A stretch of DNA of 64,000 nucleotides from Podarcis cretensis (taxonomy: Eukaryota): assembly GCA_951804945.1 (NCBI GenBank), contig OX638150.1, forward strand, positions 33,356,001 to 33,420,000, given 5' to 3'. The notes beneath the pieces were generated by a model. It did no database searches, was not told the DNA's origin, and worked only from the letters and a program-made list of their open reading frames with translations. Numbering within the stretch: the stretch's first letter is position 1; each line of letters opens with the position of its first letter. Shown here piece after piece: positions 43,666 to 56,340 of the stretch. Position numbers and translations under genes: made by a program.

Positions 43666-45811
43666 GTCGGTGCCAGTCATTGTGGACCAATGGATTGACT
43701 CGGCACAAGGCAGCTTTTCATATTCCTATGTTCATATGAGGGGCAATGGGAAGAGCCGGAGGAAGAGGAGCCCTTTTGTGCGCAATTGCATTCTGCTCTA
43801 GGAACTTGAAGGTTCCTGTTGTGTTTCCACAGCATCATCCTTCTTGAGGATGACAAGAGTAGCAAAAGTATGTTGCTGGCTGCCTATGTTAAGGAATCCT
43901 GATGTACCAGGACAGCGACCAAGGGACTATATGATCCAGCTATTATAGGCAGGTTCCAATGGGAGGAATTCAACATTGCAACTAAGGAGATACAAGCATT
44001 TCTGCTTGTCTGGTGGAACAATCTCGCCTCTTCTCCCTCTGTGCAGTTCCTGCCGGTTCTCTTGACTGCCCCCTGCCCCCTGGAGCTAATTTGTGGGGGA
44101 GAAGAAGAGAGGGGGCTTGTGGAAGTCCTTGTACAGGCTCCACTAGTGGGAATCTGAACACTACGTCCCTAAGTCAGGCTACACTGCCAAGCGGCAGCTC
44201 TCCAGAGTTTCAGGCAGGTGTCTCTACCAGTGGTGGGTGTGTGTGCGTGTGTCACTTTGTCTCATGCACAGTGAAGTCAAAGGAGTCATCTATATCAGGG
44301 CTGTCCAACTCCCAAAAGACTGCGATCTACTCACAGTATAAAAAAACTGACAGTGATCTACCCATTGTCATTGAAGCCAAAGTTGTTGAGATTTTTAAAA
44401 ATTATTATTATCTATACGTATTATCTATATAGATAATAATATTATAGACTTAAAGCAGAATCCTACCTTGTAAATCCCACTATGTTGAATGGGGCTTATT
44501 CCCAGATAAGCAGGAATAAAATCACACCCTCAGATGGCAATCCAATGGCAATCCAATTGAACTGACAGGAAGCTCCATTGAACGAGGGGTACTTGCTTTG
44601 CATCATAGACATATCCTTTGAAAACTAAAGTTTTGACTCTAAAGTTGAAGTTGTAACAGCAACTAGCTAGCAAAAATTCCAAGAATTGGAATCCTCCAAG
44701 ATAAACATATCCTTCTGTATTTATTTTTTAAAATCACATCACCACCTGCTCTAATTCCAATTCACCTATCTGCATAGCTTGTTTGCATATCAGTTAAATG
44801 TGCTGGGCTGAAAAATAATGTGGGCAGAAATGTGGAGGCCAAAAGGTTGGTGGTCTCCAAGGATTGGGTACCTGTTCCCCTTCAGATGTGTTTGGACTCC
44901 AGTTCCCATCAGCCTCAGCCAGCACGGCCAATGGTTGGGAGTGATGGGACTGGTAGTCCAGCAACATCTGGAGAGCTTCAGGTTCTACATACAGAACAGA
45001 GGACCCTAGAAACAGCTTCATATAGCTGGTTCTGCATGCCCAGGTCTTAATACACAGAGGCAACAATCACCCCAATCTCATTCTTATACTTGCCCTACCT
45101 GCATCAAGAGACTGGTCACCCCTGTTGCTGCAGTGATATGAATTTCAATCTCAGACCACTGAGGCATAGGTAATGCCAAGGTGGAAATCTATTATGTAGA
45201 TTGGCCCCCAAGGACCCCTTTACAAAATTCTTAAATCCAAGGCACCTCTTTGTAGGAGTTAACACGAAACCCATTTGTAGATTGTAATGTGTAGTGATAG
45301 CATATGTGTAATGTGCATGCTTTTAAAATCTGATGCCAATTACTGTTTAGCACTATCATGCGACTTGATTATCTGCCTGTGCATTGCATGTCATTTCCAT
45401 AGGAGAATCTTCTTTTTAAGAACTGCATAATGCATGGGTGGGGAATCTGTCCTTTGGATGTTGTTGGGCTCCAACTCCCATCAGCCCCAGACAACACGGC
45501 CAATAGTCAGGGATGAAGGGAGCGGTAATACAACTAAAGCCACAGGTTCCCAACACCTGTTGTAATGTAAATGCCCCTGTACTACCTACAGCAGGCATCG
45601 TAACACAGCACTTACAATCTTCCACCTAATCCTATTTCTCCCTGCAACTTCTCCCAAGTTCTGTCTTCACAGCTATGAATGAAGGTTCTGCTTGGAACTT
45701 GGAAAGCAGCAAGGAAATTGGTTGGAGCTTCCAGAGATTCTGAAGGCAGAAATGTCAAGAAGAATTTCTGCACTCTGCACAGCTCATGGTTTCTCTTCAT
45801 GGGCTCTTCAC

Positions 45812-46056
45812 GAGAGCCAGTGTGGTGTAGTGGTTAAGAGCGGTAGACTTGTAATCTGGTGAACCAGGTTCGCTTCCCCGCTCCTCCACATGCAGCTGCT
45901 GGGTGACCTTGGGCTAGTCACACTTCTTTGAAGTATTTCAGCCCTACTCACCTCACAGAGTGTTTGTTGTCAGAGAGGAAGGGAAAGGAGAATGTTAGCC
46001 GCTTTGAGACTCCTTCGGGTAGTGATAAAGCGGGATATCAAATCCAAATTCTTTCT
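45812..46056 (+). mobile_element. tRNA-derived SINE, Squam3-like
   Basis: Full copy of the family at 1075-1329. Confidence 0.86.
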
Positions 46057-46390
46057 TATCCATTCCACCCAGCTGCCCTTTACTTCCCAACTGCAATGCT
46101 AAGTAATGGCAGGAATGGTCCTGCCAACTTTCCTTATTCGATCATAGGGGAAACGTAGAATACCTTCTCCGGAATGCGTATCTTGAAAACCGCACACATA
46201 CGTATTCTGTTCCACCCACACGACCAGGTGCCCCAACAACTCCCCACCTGGGAAACCAAGACCATTCACAGATGATACGAGGCATTCATGCAGACCGCTC
46301 CACTGGCAAGGGTGGTGGTCAGAAATGCAGCCACACATCTTGATCCACCATAGACAAGGCAGCTCACCCATGACACACTGCACTACTCAC

Positions 46391-46970
46391 AATTAAAGGA
46401 GGACGGAGACTCTCTCGACCTGCCGTAGTCTTCTCCGTACTGTGATGCCCGCCGCCCATAGGCAAGCTGCTGGCTGTTGCTGCTGCTAATCCCCATGCCT
46501 TCGAGAGACATCCGCTCTTTGGTTTTCAGGGCGTAGGCTCTCTCCTGCTTCAGTCTCTCCTCATCCTTCAGCAAGCCCATCACTTGCTTTACCTTTTCCC
46601 GGACATTGATGCCCTGGTCCTTGCCATCGCGGTCTATGTACTGGAACTCCTTTAAGGTCTGGATGGTGTACAGGTTCTCCCGGCACTGGTGAGCCACCTT
46701 CTCTGAGCCAGTTTTGATGAGGTAGTCCAGAAGAGTCAGCGCCTTGTAGACATGGCGCCAGTTCTTGCCACTGTCGTTCAGCCGCCTCCAGATCATGGTC
46801 ATGACCTCGGCAAATGCCACGGTGTTGAAGGTCAGGTCTGCAATCTCGGACATCAAGGAGCTCGGGGGGCCCCAGGGGTCATTGGAGGTGGCCTCGCGCA
46901 CCTTGATCTCTGCCTCAGAGTAATTGTGCACAATGTTTTTCACCTGCCGGCGCAAGGCAGAAGTAGTCAT
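46391..46970 (-). CDS. EPN3: EPN3 first coding exon (ENTH domain, MTTSALRRQVKNIVHNYSEAE...SPSSFN)
   Basis: Canonical epsin ENTH sequence. The MTTSALRRQVKN start and adjacency to SPATA20 indicate EPN3. gtgagt donor at 46390; the exon extends as 5' UTR to an acceptor at 47087 (tttttttccag). Confidence 0.96.
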
Positions 46971-47765
46971 GGTTGAGCCCTGGAGGAAGATCTCGGCTTG
47001 CAGAAAGGAATGGCTGGACTGGAACCCAGAAAGAGAATCAAAACCTTGGTGTAATCAATTAGAAAGATGGTGATTCTTCAGGTTGATCTGGAAAAAAAGG
47101 CAATGAGATATGCATTAGGGCTGTTGACCAGTTCATGTCAGCCAATAGATTTGTTGGCATCCGTCTGTCTCAGGAGACTATGGAAGAGTGCACCTCCAGG
47201 GGTAAAGTCAACCCTGCAAATGGGACAGACATGTTTTATTGCAGGTGGGGCAGATAAAGGCTTTGACCAGTAAATCAATACATGTAAATCAGAATATTCA
47301 TTTACCTACAGAGGCAGATTTTCTTCCCCTCATACAGAGCCAATGTATGAGGGGGTGAAAGGGCCAGTGAGAAGTGTGGCCTAGGGGAGTTTTGAGAGGC
47401 AGACAGAAAAGTCTGGAGGCCAAATTTGGCCCCTGGGTCTAGGATGCCCTACAGGGAACAACTCCCAGCCAGAAATAAATTATAGTGGCTGAGCAACCAG
47501 AACAGCTGGTTGCATCTCTTAAAGCTGCAGAATTAGGTAGCTGCAAACTAAGTGACTGCCCCAACCTCTCCGAGTTGCAAACTACAACCAGGTTCAGTAA
47601 AATGAAGAACTAAATGGGCAGCCCCACCTTATTCTGCTATTCTGTAACAACTGACACATCTGTTGGCTTGGTGGGCTATTTGCAACAGAAGTTTTGTGTT
47701 GCAATTAAAGCAATCTCTTTGGAAAAAGAGATGGGGAGAGTGAGACCCATTTGCAATCATAACTA

Positions 47766-48007
47766 CAGTGGTACCTCGGGTTACATACGTTTCAGGTTAC
47801 ATACGCTTCAGGTTACAGATTCCGCTAACCCAGAAATAGTGCTTCAGGTTAAGAACTTTGCTTCAGGATAAGAACAGAAATCGGGCTCCGGCTGCACGGC
47901 AGCAGCAGGAGGCCCCATTAGCTAAAGTGGTGCTTCAGGTTAAGAACAATTTCAGGTTAAGTACGGACCTCCGGAACGAATTAAGTACTTAACCTGAGGT
48001 ACCACTG
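47766..48007. mobile_element. Tigger/pogo-like MITE
   Basis: TA|CAGTGGTACCTCGGGTTA ... TAACCTGAGGTACCACTG|TA termini. Confidence 0.87.
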
Positions 48008-50129
48008 TATTCCAAACTTTGGAGGTTTATGATTGTTTGCGGTTCACAGTTAAAACAAATACAGCGACAGAGAAATAATCCCCCTGACCAAGCAAAATGT
48101 ATCCATCTGTGTGTAAAATACAAATGATGCAAGTGTGGGTGAACAAAACCATTTGCATTGCAATGTTCATCCAGGTCCCGCAGAATTGACTGGATTCTAC
48201 CTTTTGATACAAATAGGGCTGCTAATTCACATGTGAAGCATCTTGCTGCAACCCCAGAGCTGGATCAGAACCAATATGATTTTCAGAAAGAGTTGGATTG
48301 GGGTAGGCATCCAAAATATCCAATAACCAAGCTGGACTCCGTCCATTGCAACCAACTGTTCAGCATCTAATACGCCACTGAGCATAGGAGTGTGCATTAT
48401 GTAGCATGCATCACATGACTTTTTACTTTCCAAATCTAACTCGGATCATTCAGAGCAAAACACCTTGTGGCTGAATTTCCCTAAGGAAATTCAGCTTCAA
48501 AATTAAATATCAAATCTGATTTAAAAAGGCTAAAGAACTAGTATCTAGAGTGAGTTAATTACCAAGGTTTCTCTCTCGTGGGGGCTCATGATGGGTTACA
48601 AAATATCTTTTAAAACTACCACCAAAAATGCAAGAATGTTATGTAAAATCTTAAGATAAAGCCCTGCAAAATACAGAACTGCGATGAAAAAAATCCATGT
48701 CATCACATTTTATTTATAAAGAGCCTAAAATGACTAGGTGCTGTACAATACTTTAAAAAGAGGAGAAAATTCCTTGCCAGTAGGCTAATAATCTATCACA
48801 CAATAAGAAGAGTGAGGGAATGGATGGAGAAGAGGGGAGTGAGAGATGCACAAAACCCTTCATTTGCTTGGGATGCTCTCATCTGGGACTTGTCCTACTT
48901 GAATCCATGAGAGATTCATTCAAATTTCACAAACAAATCTCCCCCTTTACCTCTAACTTCACTTGCCCTGCTTTTTCCTCTTTCTTTCTCTGTGTTGCTG
49001 ACTTATCAACAGGCCACAAAGAAGGCAGGGATGAATGGGGAAAATGTTTAGTTGCCTTTTCCACACACACACCCAATGCCAACAAATAAACCCACACCTA
49101 TTTTTGCATACTTCACACTTGAGTTCCCATTGAAACCAGCAAGGGTGAGCATGGTCAGGAGTCAACACTCTTGTAAGCGCCTGGCTGACCATAGCTCCCT
49201 GGTCATCCTCCTGTTCGCCATTGCAACCTGCTTACTCACCTGCCTCTTACCCTACTCCTCCACTCCTTAGGAGATACCGCTGCCTGCATGCTTGTTTGGC
49301 TCTCAACCTGCTCAGTAAGCAGGTGGTGGTAGCAATAATGAGGACCAAATGGAGACCCAGGAGCAGCTTATAGGAACCTTGGGGAGGAGGGAGTGTGTCC
49401 TGCACAAGTCCCCTTCAAAACCTGGAGATCAGTACTGGGATTCTAACGAAATCAATAGAAAATTCATGTCATCGTTATCGTGGACCAAATGACAAGAAAC
49501 TGCTGCCTGTGACTCAGCATCACCAAGCAGCCGTAGGCTGCTTCCAGACGGGTGGCTCCTAGTGCTATCCAATCATTCCTTTCCATTTTAAGCTATGAGT
49601 GGGATTGCACATGATGCACCAAACTACCAGGAGCACTGTGCTCGTGTTCCGACTCCACCAGCAGGTGTGATGTAGCTCTTGTAGGTGGGACCATGTGTCG
49701 CTCAACACACATTTGTGATAACTATTGTGGTGGGTTCCATTTTAAGACTCTGCCATCATTTTATTTTTAATCAATGTTTTAATCGTTGCTAAAACGCTTC
49801 ACTGGCTATTTGTTATGAAAGAGTGGTGTGGCAGGAGATAGTCACTGAGGCGGGGAGGACAGTTGCTGGTGGTTTTTAATGGCTAGGAGTGGGTGGGAGC
49901 GAAGACTACTACTATGCTGCAGTCCGCTCCCAGGCCCCAGTACCCAAGGCCTGGCCAAATTGGCCAGAATTCAAATTGCTGGCCAGCGGGAACTCCCAGT
50001 GCGCCATGTGGCCAGCCAGGGGATTACCCAAATGCCGACCACTTGGATGAACTTTGCTCCCAGGGGTCTTGGAGCCTGACGCAATGGGCCACAACGGCCA
50101 CCCACCTCCAACTAAATAAGTGGCCATTA

Positions 50130-50430
50130 TGTTGCATCAAGTATTTTCCCCAGTGCATTTTCCCATCACTTATTCTCATCCTTATTGCACCAAGTCCAAT
50201 ATTTTGGGGGAGTGGGTTTGTTTCCCCAATCAGCTTTTGTTGCCTGAAAATATTGACAGTTTGGAACCGCAAGCACTTTTCATGGAGCCCAGCAGGGCAA
50301 GCCAGAGGTTTTGTGTGAATGTGGTTGAGCACCCTAGAATGTGTCCCACACTCTTCTACAAAATGCAAGGATTCCTCAGCCAACACATGGATGTGGGACA
50401 TGGCCCCTTGAAAAGTCTGAAAAAATGCTA
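50130..50430 (-). mobile_element. Possible old L1-like ORF2 3' remnant
   Basis: Broken minus-strand frames give ..MCW..KSVGHILG..LALLG, loosely like the L1/Tx1 ORF2 C-terminal region; highly decayed. Confidence 0.3.
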
Positions 50431-51947
50431 GAGTAGTTCATTGAGCCACAGGCCAAGAGACAATCCCAGGTCCATCTATTTAAAACATACGGCTCTCCCC
50501 CAAGAATCCTGTAGCGGTTTTTTATGGGTGGTGGGAATTGTAGCTCCCAGTTCCCAGGATTATTTGAGGGGAGCAATTAAGAGTGGTCATGAGAGTGTTT
50601 TAAATGGATGGTGTGGATGTAGCCCTGATTTGGATGGCTCAGACAGGCCACGCATGTGACATGCCACACCGAAGGAAGGCAGAATCTTCAATATGGCGTC
50701 AGGAAACTTTCCTCCCTGTTTATAGCTTGTCAATCAATCAGAGTCTCAGTAACGAAGCAAAACCCATTGACTGATTCATGGCTCCATTATCTCTCCCATG
50801 AACACACTTCAGGGTGAATCATTTGCACAATGTGAAATCATGACGTTTAAGAAATGCTGCAGCAGTTTTGCAAAACCCAAAACTCCAGCCACCAGAAACA
50901 GAGTGACATCATCTGCCCTTCAGTTTCAAATCTACCCTTTGCCACATATTTTAAATTCCTGCCAACATCCTAAAATGAAATGCTGCGGAACACTCAAAAG
51001 AGTTTTAAGAAATCTGGATTTCTTTTTCTTTCTTTTTTGTTGTTGTTCCCAAATGTAGGGCACTGACCAGCCTAGCAACGTTTGTCATCAGGGTTGCTGT
51101 AAAGAGATCCAAAGCAAGCCACCAAGGACTGGACTGGCTGGGGACAGATCATCCCAACCCTGTTTACTTCCTAAATTAAAGCCCCCTGGAGAGAAGGGTC
51201 TCTGAAATGCAGTTGCTTCATCACCACCTTGATTTCATCTTTTGCCTTCTCATTGGAGTCAAAATTCAACCTTCCCTTACAACCTCCGTTTCCCCCCCCC
51301 CTGACTGGAAATGCATACCCATAAAACACACGCCCGGGAAGTTTGTGCATGGCTCCTCAAACCAACAGAATGACTCATATATCCTACTCCTCTCTAGAGG
51401 AACAGCTCCACCCTTTGCAGTAAGCATGACCTGACTGTGTCCACTTTTCTAGGTGAGGAACAAGCTGTCATCCTTCTCCACCCTGGTGACGGTAAGCATC
51501 CCTGACAAGTGAGTCAGGAAGAGAGAATCTAGAGACTGCCTGCGTACGGCTTGCAGAGTTTCTTTCAAGACATTTCCCTGTATTGATTGCTCTGCACAAT
51601 CCAACCCACTTACTGTTTTTAGATTTTGAGTGGAGCTTGAGCGCCAGGAAAATGACTGCAGCCAAGCACAGCAACTCACAGAGGGGGTGAAAGGAACGTG
51701 CCATTCCATTGTAACTTAAAAAGGAGGCTATGGGAAAGGACACTGCAGCCACCCGGACCAAGCTGACCTGCACTGAAGCCAAATAGGTGGACCACTGCCT
51801 GGACTGGCATACCAGTGGCCAGGACGAGACAGCACACAGCAGATGATGGCTAATCGAGCGGTCAGCATGTTAGGTTGTAAAATCTGGGTTTCTGAGGTGC
51901 TTTGTGACTATAGTGTGTGTGTGAGAGAGAGAGAGAGAGCTATGTCT

Positions 51948-52286
51948 AGACATCCATCGTTCAGCCCAGACACTGAGGTCCAGCTCCAACGGCCTTCTGG
52001 CAGTTCCTTCACAGCTAGAAGCGAAGTTACAGGGAATGAGGCAGAGGGCCTTCTTGGTAGTGGCACCCTCCCTGTGGACCATCCTCCCCTCAGATGTCAA
52101 GGAGATAAAGAACTACACAACCTTTAGAAGACACCTGAAGGCAGCGCTGTATAGGGAAGCTTTCTTAATATTTAATGTTTTATTGTATTTTTGTATATGC
52201 AGGAAGCCGCCCAGAGTGGCTGGGACAACCCAGTTAGATGGGCGAGGTTACAAATTAAATAATAAGAATTAGTAGTGGTAGTAGTA
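51948..52286 (+). mobile_element. L2 LINE 3' end
   Basis: Homologous to 38450-38780 (QRAFLVVAP.LW..LPSDVK...FRRHLKAAL, then 3' UTR GAAGCCGCCCAGAGTGGCTGGG). Confidence 0.88.
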
Positions 52287-53062
52287 CCCCGAGGACTGTA
52301 ATACCACTCTTCTGTGTCTGGACTGAGAAACATAGAGCAACCTGATTTTAAAGCTGAGGTGGTGTGGCAGTGGGTCATGTCGGTGGCGGCGTGTGGTGGC
52401 CGACCCAAAAAAATCAGGGGAAGGGGAATCCAGGGGCCCCATTGGTTGTGACTGAAGAAGGGAACTGGAGAAGGAGGTGTTGTAGACAAGAATATCATGA
52501 GGCCTCACAGCAGGTCAAACGATGTGTCTGTCTGGCCTAGCATTGTCTATAGCTGACTGGCCTAGCAGGGTCCATTTCAGGGCAGATAAGGGTCTTGCAC
52601 ATCATCTGCTACCAGAGGGGTGGGGACCCTTATTCAGCCTGAGGGCCACACTCCATTCTGACAGCCAGCAGGGACATAGGGCCAGAGGCAGGGCAGAGCA
52701 ATAACTGTTAAGTTTTACCTTTGTACAGTAGGCTGGTTTCTACACCCCCATACCCTAGCTCCTATTCAGACAAGGGATGTTTTCAGAGTTCAAGCCAGGC
52801 AAAAAAAACAACAACATCCCAAGCAAAATGTGGCTAGGGAGAGTCTGGAGGGGCATGGAGGGCCACCTTCCCTCCTCTGCCACTGGATCCTTTAAAAACA
52901 GACAAAAAACCAGTGTTTGAACCTGGGACCATTTGTACAAAAAGCATGTGCTCTACAGAGCAGCAAGGGCAAGGAGATGTTGCTGACATGGGGCAGAAGA
53001 ACAAGCGACACTGAGAACTGGTGGCAGGGTGAGCAGAATTCAGAAGGCTGGGGTGGCCAGCA

Positions 53063-53125
<63 letters not shown>

Positions 53126-53132
53126 AGAGAGA
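53063..53132. repeat. Compound (GT)n(GA)n microsatellite
   Basis: Read directly from the sequence. Confidence 0.9.
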
Positions 53133-53171
53133 CTGGAGCACAGAGAGTCTCATGGAGGGATAAGGCTATTT

Positions 53172-53333
53172 TGCCTTGATAGCTCAGTTGGTTAGAGTGC
53201 AGTGCTGATAACACCATGGTTGCAGGTTCAATCCCCATATTGGGGCAGCTGCTTATTCATTCCTGTATTGCAGGGGGTTAGACTAGATGATCCTCAGGGT
53301 CACTTCCAAGTCTGCAATTCTATGAGTCTATGA
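53172..53333 (+). mobile_element. tRNA-Ile-derived SINE with a CR1-type tail
   Basis: Same head and tail as 43510-43665; a tail-only copy lies at about 58343-58400. Confidence 0.78.
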
Positions 53334-56055
53334 TGAGCGGCTACAAGCCAAAATGGTCATGCTCCACCTCCACTGTCAAGGGACCTCTGAATACCAGTGG
53401 CTGGGAATCCCAAGTGGAGAGAGCAACTGAAATCCCACTTATGGCCTTCCTGCAGGCCACCGCATGAAGGGAGTGTTGGACTAGATGGGCCTTTGGTCTG
53501 ACTCAGTGGGGATTTCTTAGGTTCTTATGATGTGGTGAAGCCTGAGCCATAGTGGGGAGCCACAAGGGGAAAGCAAATGAGCTGGAGAAGCCCTTGAAAG
53601 CCATAGGAGCCAACTTGGCTGCAAGCTGATTGCAGTTCAGGGATCTTTGTGGCCTACAAAGGCGGCACAGATGGAAGGGAACATGGTGGCATGTGGGGGC
53701 AGCGGCCTTGGGTGGGCCAATGCAGCAGATTATGTGCGAACTCCAGATACCAACATTCTCCTTCTGGCTTTGACAAGGTTACAGATAAGGTTCCGTCTTA
53801 TGAAAACTCCCGCTGCTGCTGCTCCTTCTCTTCCTCCTCCTCCTCTAGCAAACACTAAGTTCGTGCTGATGAAAGCGTCCCTCAAACATAAGTCTTGGGT
53901 CAGGAGGACATTCCTTTCTAGCAAACACCTGGCTCCAACCTCCAGAGGAGCTCCAGGGTCAGACTCAGGCAACTGCTTTAATTAAGGCTGTGAAAGACAC
54001 CCATTAAAGAAACGTCCCGGGCATTTTTCAATCACAACGTGTAGAAAGAAAAATCTCTTGGGAGCTCGGAGGCAGGGCCTAATACGACCCTGCTCACCTG
54101 GCCTAGTTGCACAGCGTGCTTTTCATTGCGTAGGTCAGGGCATGGCCCCAGAACACGGGCAATCGTCCTCTCTTCCTGTGTCCTTGAGCATGTGCAGAGT
54201 GCCTCATCCTCACCACATCTGAGGCTGTGGAGGGAGAAGGGTGGGTGGGTGGGAAGTGGTTTTGTGGGAAAGCTCATGACCCTCAGGGTTCAGACGTCTC
54301 TGTTTCAGCCCCGGTTGGGAGGAGAGGGAAAAGAGAGCAGAGAGTGTTTGTGTTTGAAGAGCTGCCAAGAGTGTTAAGAGAAGTAAGTTTTATCGAACAC
54401 AATATCCCCAGGAACACAAAGAGAGGGAAACAGAAACCATGCGATAGATAAGACAGCAGCACCAGGCAGCTACATATGAAATTACTGCAGTGACCTTGAC
54501 GGAAAGAAATGGTCAGGTGGGGAGGGCATGCGAAGGAGGGCTGGCACTCACTGCCCAGGGAATGCCCAAAGTCCTAAACTTAGGTTAAGTGACACATTCC
54601 AGAAGAAGAACCACCTGAGCCTACACTGCAGCAAGACAACCCCCCCCCCCCGGCTGTATGGTCATCCAAGGTTTCCCAGGCTGCTGCTGCCTGCAACAAA
54701 CCAGGCACGGCACAGCTCTTGCACAGCTCCCAGGCAACAGGGCTTGGTCAGGAGAACTTCCTACTAGACTGGACCCATCATCATCCCTGCTGGGTTTCCA
54801 CAACACCCTCTAAACTGCATATAAGTATTATTACTAGTAGCAGGGTGCATTCTGTGTTTCATTTCCAGGGACAATAAGAAATACTCCAACTCCAGAGATA
54901 GCAAGGGGAAAAATCTGAATGGAGGAAAGATGGTAAGATGGGGGGGGGGGGTAACATTTGCACAGGTCCACCCCTTGTTACATTTGCCTCTCCCTTTCCT
55001 ACCTCCCCCTTAGTTGTCCATCCCAATAAGCTGGAAAAGTATAAAACTGTAAACTCATCAGGGCAGAAACCAGCCCTCTTGTTCTGTTTTTGTTTTTCCT
55101 TTTGTTTGTGCCACTCTGTAAAGTGAGGCAAGCACTGATTCAACTATGCAATTACAATAGAGGGAGGGAAGAAGCAAAACTCTGTTGTGGAATGAAAGAG
55201 ATGGGGCACCAAATGGCTATGCGAGGGGATGGAGGAAGCAAGTTCTCCAAAATCAAGACCCTGAAGGATGGACTGCACTGCAGGAGGCTGCAGGGAAAGA
55301 GGGTCACAGGCCATCCATTTCAAACATCCTGCTCTACAGCTGACCCTCTTTTCTCTCTGATGCAGTTTATTAAATTTATTTATTTCATAAGATTTATATG
55401 CCGCTTGATTGCAAAAACAAAACGACAACAATAACAACACACCTCTCTTAATTTTTCTAATATTTGGGAACATAAGAAGCTGCCATCTAGCTTAGTGTTG
55501 CCTGCACTGACTGGCAAAGGCGCTCCAGGATTTCCAGGGTCTGAATTTGAGGGGTTCTGCATACAAAGCGGTGCTCGGCTTAGCCATTGAGCTCTGGCCT
55601 AATAACTCTGCCCAGGGAGTGAGTCTCTGTCTGGTGTGGAGTTGCCAGAGATGCTACAGAAAAGTAACAGGGAGTCTTCTTAGTAGTCCTCTCTCTGAGT
55701 GGTTTGGACCACAACTATGGAGCTGGAAAAAGTTGTACTGTATTCAAAATCATCTGGAGGATACCTGGTTGGCGAATAGTGAAGAAGGCAAGTAGCCAGT
55801 GAAACAGTCCCACTCCCCTCTTTAATACAACGAAAGCATAATCTGAACCTTAATCCGACCTGGGAAAGAAAAGGACCAATCTGAGTGGGATAGAAGGGAC
55901 GTGAGCTTTAATAAAGCGGGGTGGGCAAAAGATTGAAATGGGGCGCCGGGTTGGCGACAGGACCTGAGAGGAAACTTTCAGAGCCTGATTTGATTCATCA
56001 AAGCGCTGGGTGGGAGGAGGGCGAATCTCCCCAGTAGAAGTGTCTTTGGTGCTCC

Positions 56056-56096
<41 letters not shown>
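56056..56096. repeat. (TCTG)n microsatellite
   Basis: Read directly from the sequence. Confidence 0.9.
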
Positions 56097-56097
<1 letters not shown>

Positions 56098-56149
56098 GTG
56101 TCCTGCCTTCCACCCAAGTGTTTCGGGACCCCCAAGCCTGGCACTGACT

Positions 56150-56305
56150 TACCCCCTTTCTCGCTCGCGCGACCAGGCGGCAGGCAGCCCTTTCCAGCAC
56201 CGCTAGCTAGCCAAAGCAGCCGGCATTACATAATCCTGCTGAATCTTCCTACGATCCCTAGTCCCTGTGCGAGCGAGCGAGCGAGTGCCAGAGAGGGGGA
56301 AGGGA

Positions 56306-56340
<35 letters not shown>

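Noticed and set aside
46383-46970. Assignment to EPN1 or EPN2
   Set aside because: The N-terminal MTTSALRRQVKN sequence, the exon pattern and adjacency to SPATA20 fit EPN3.
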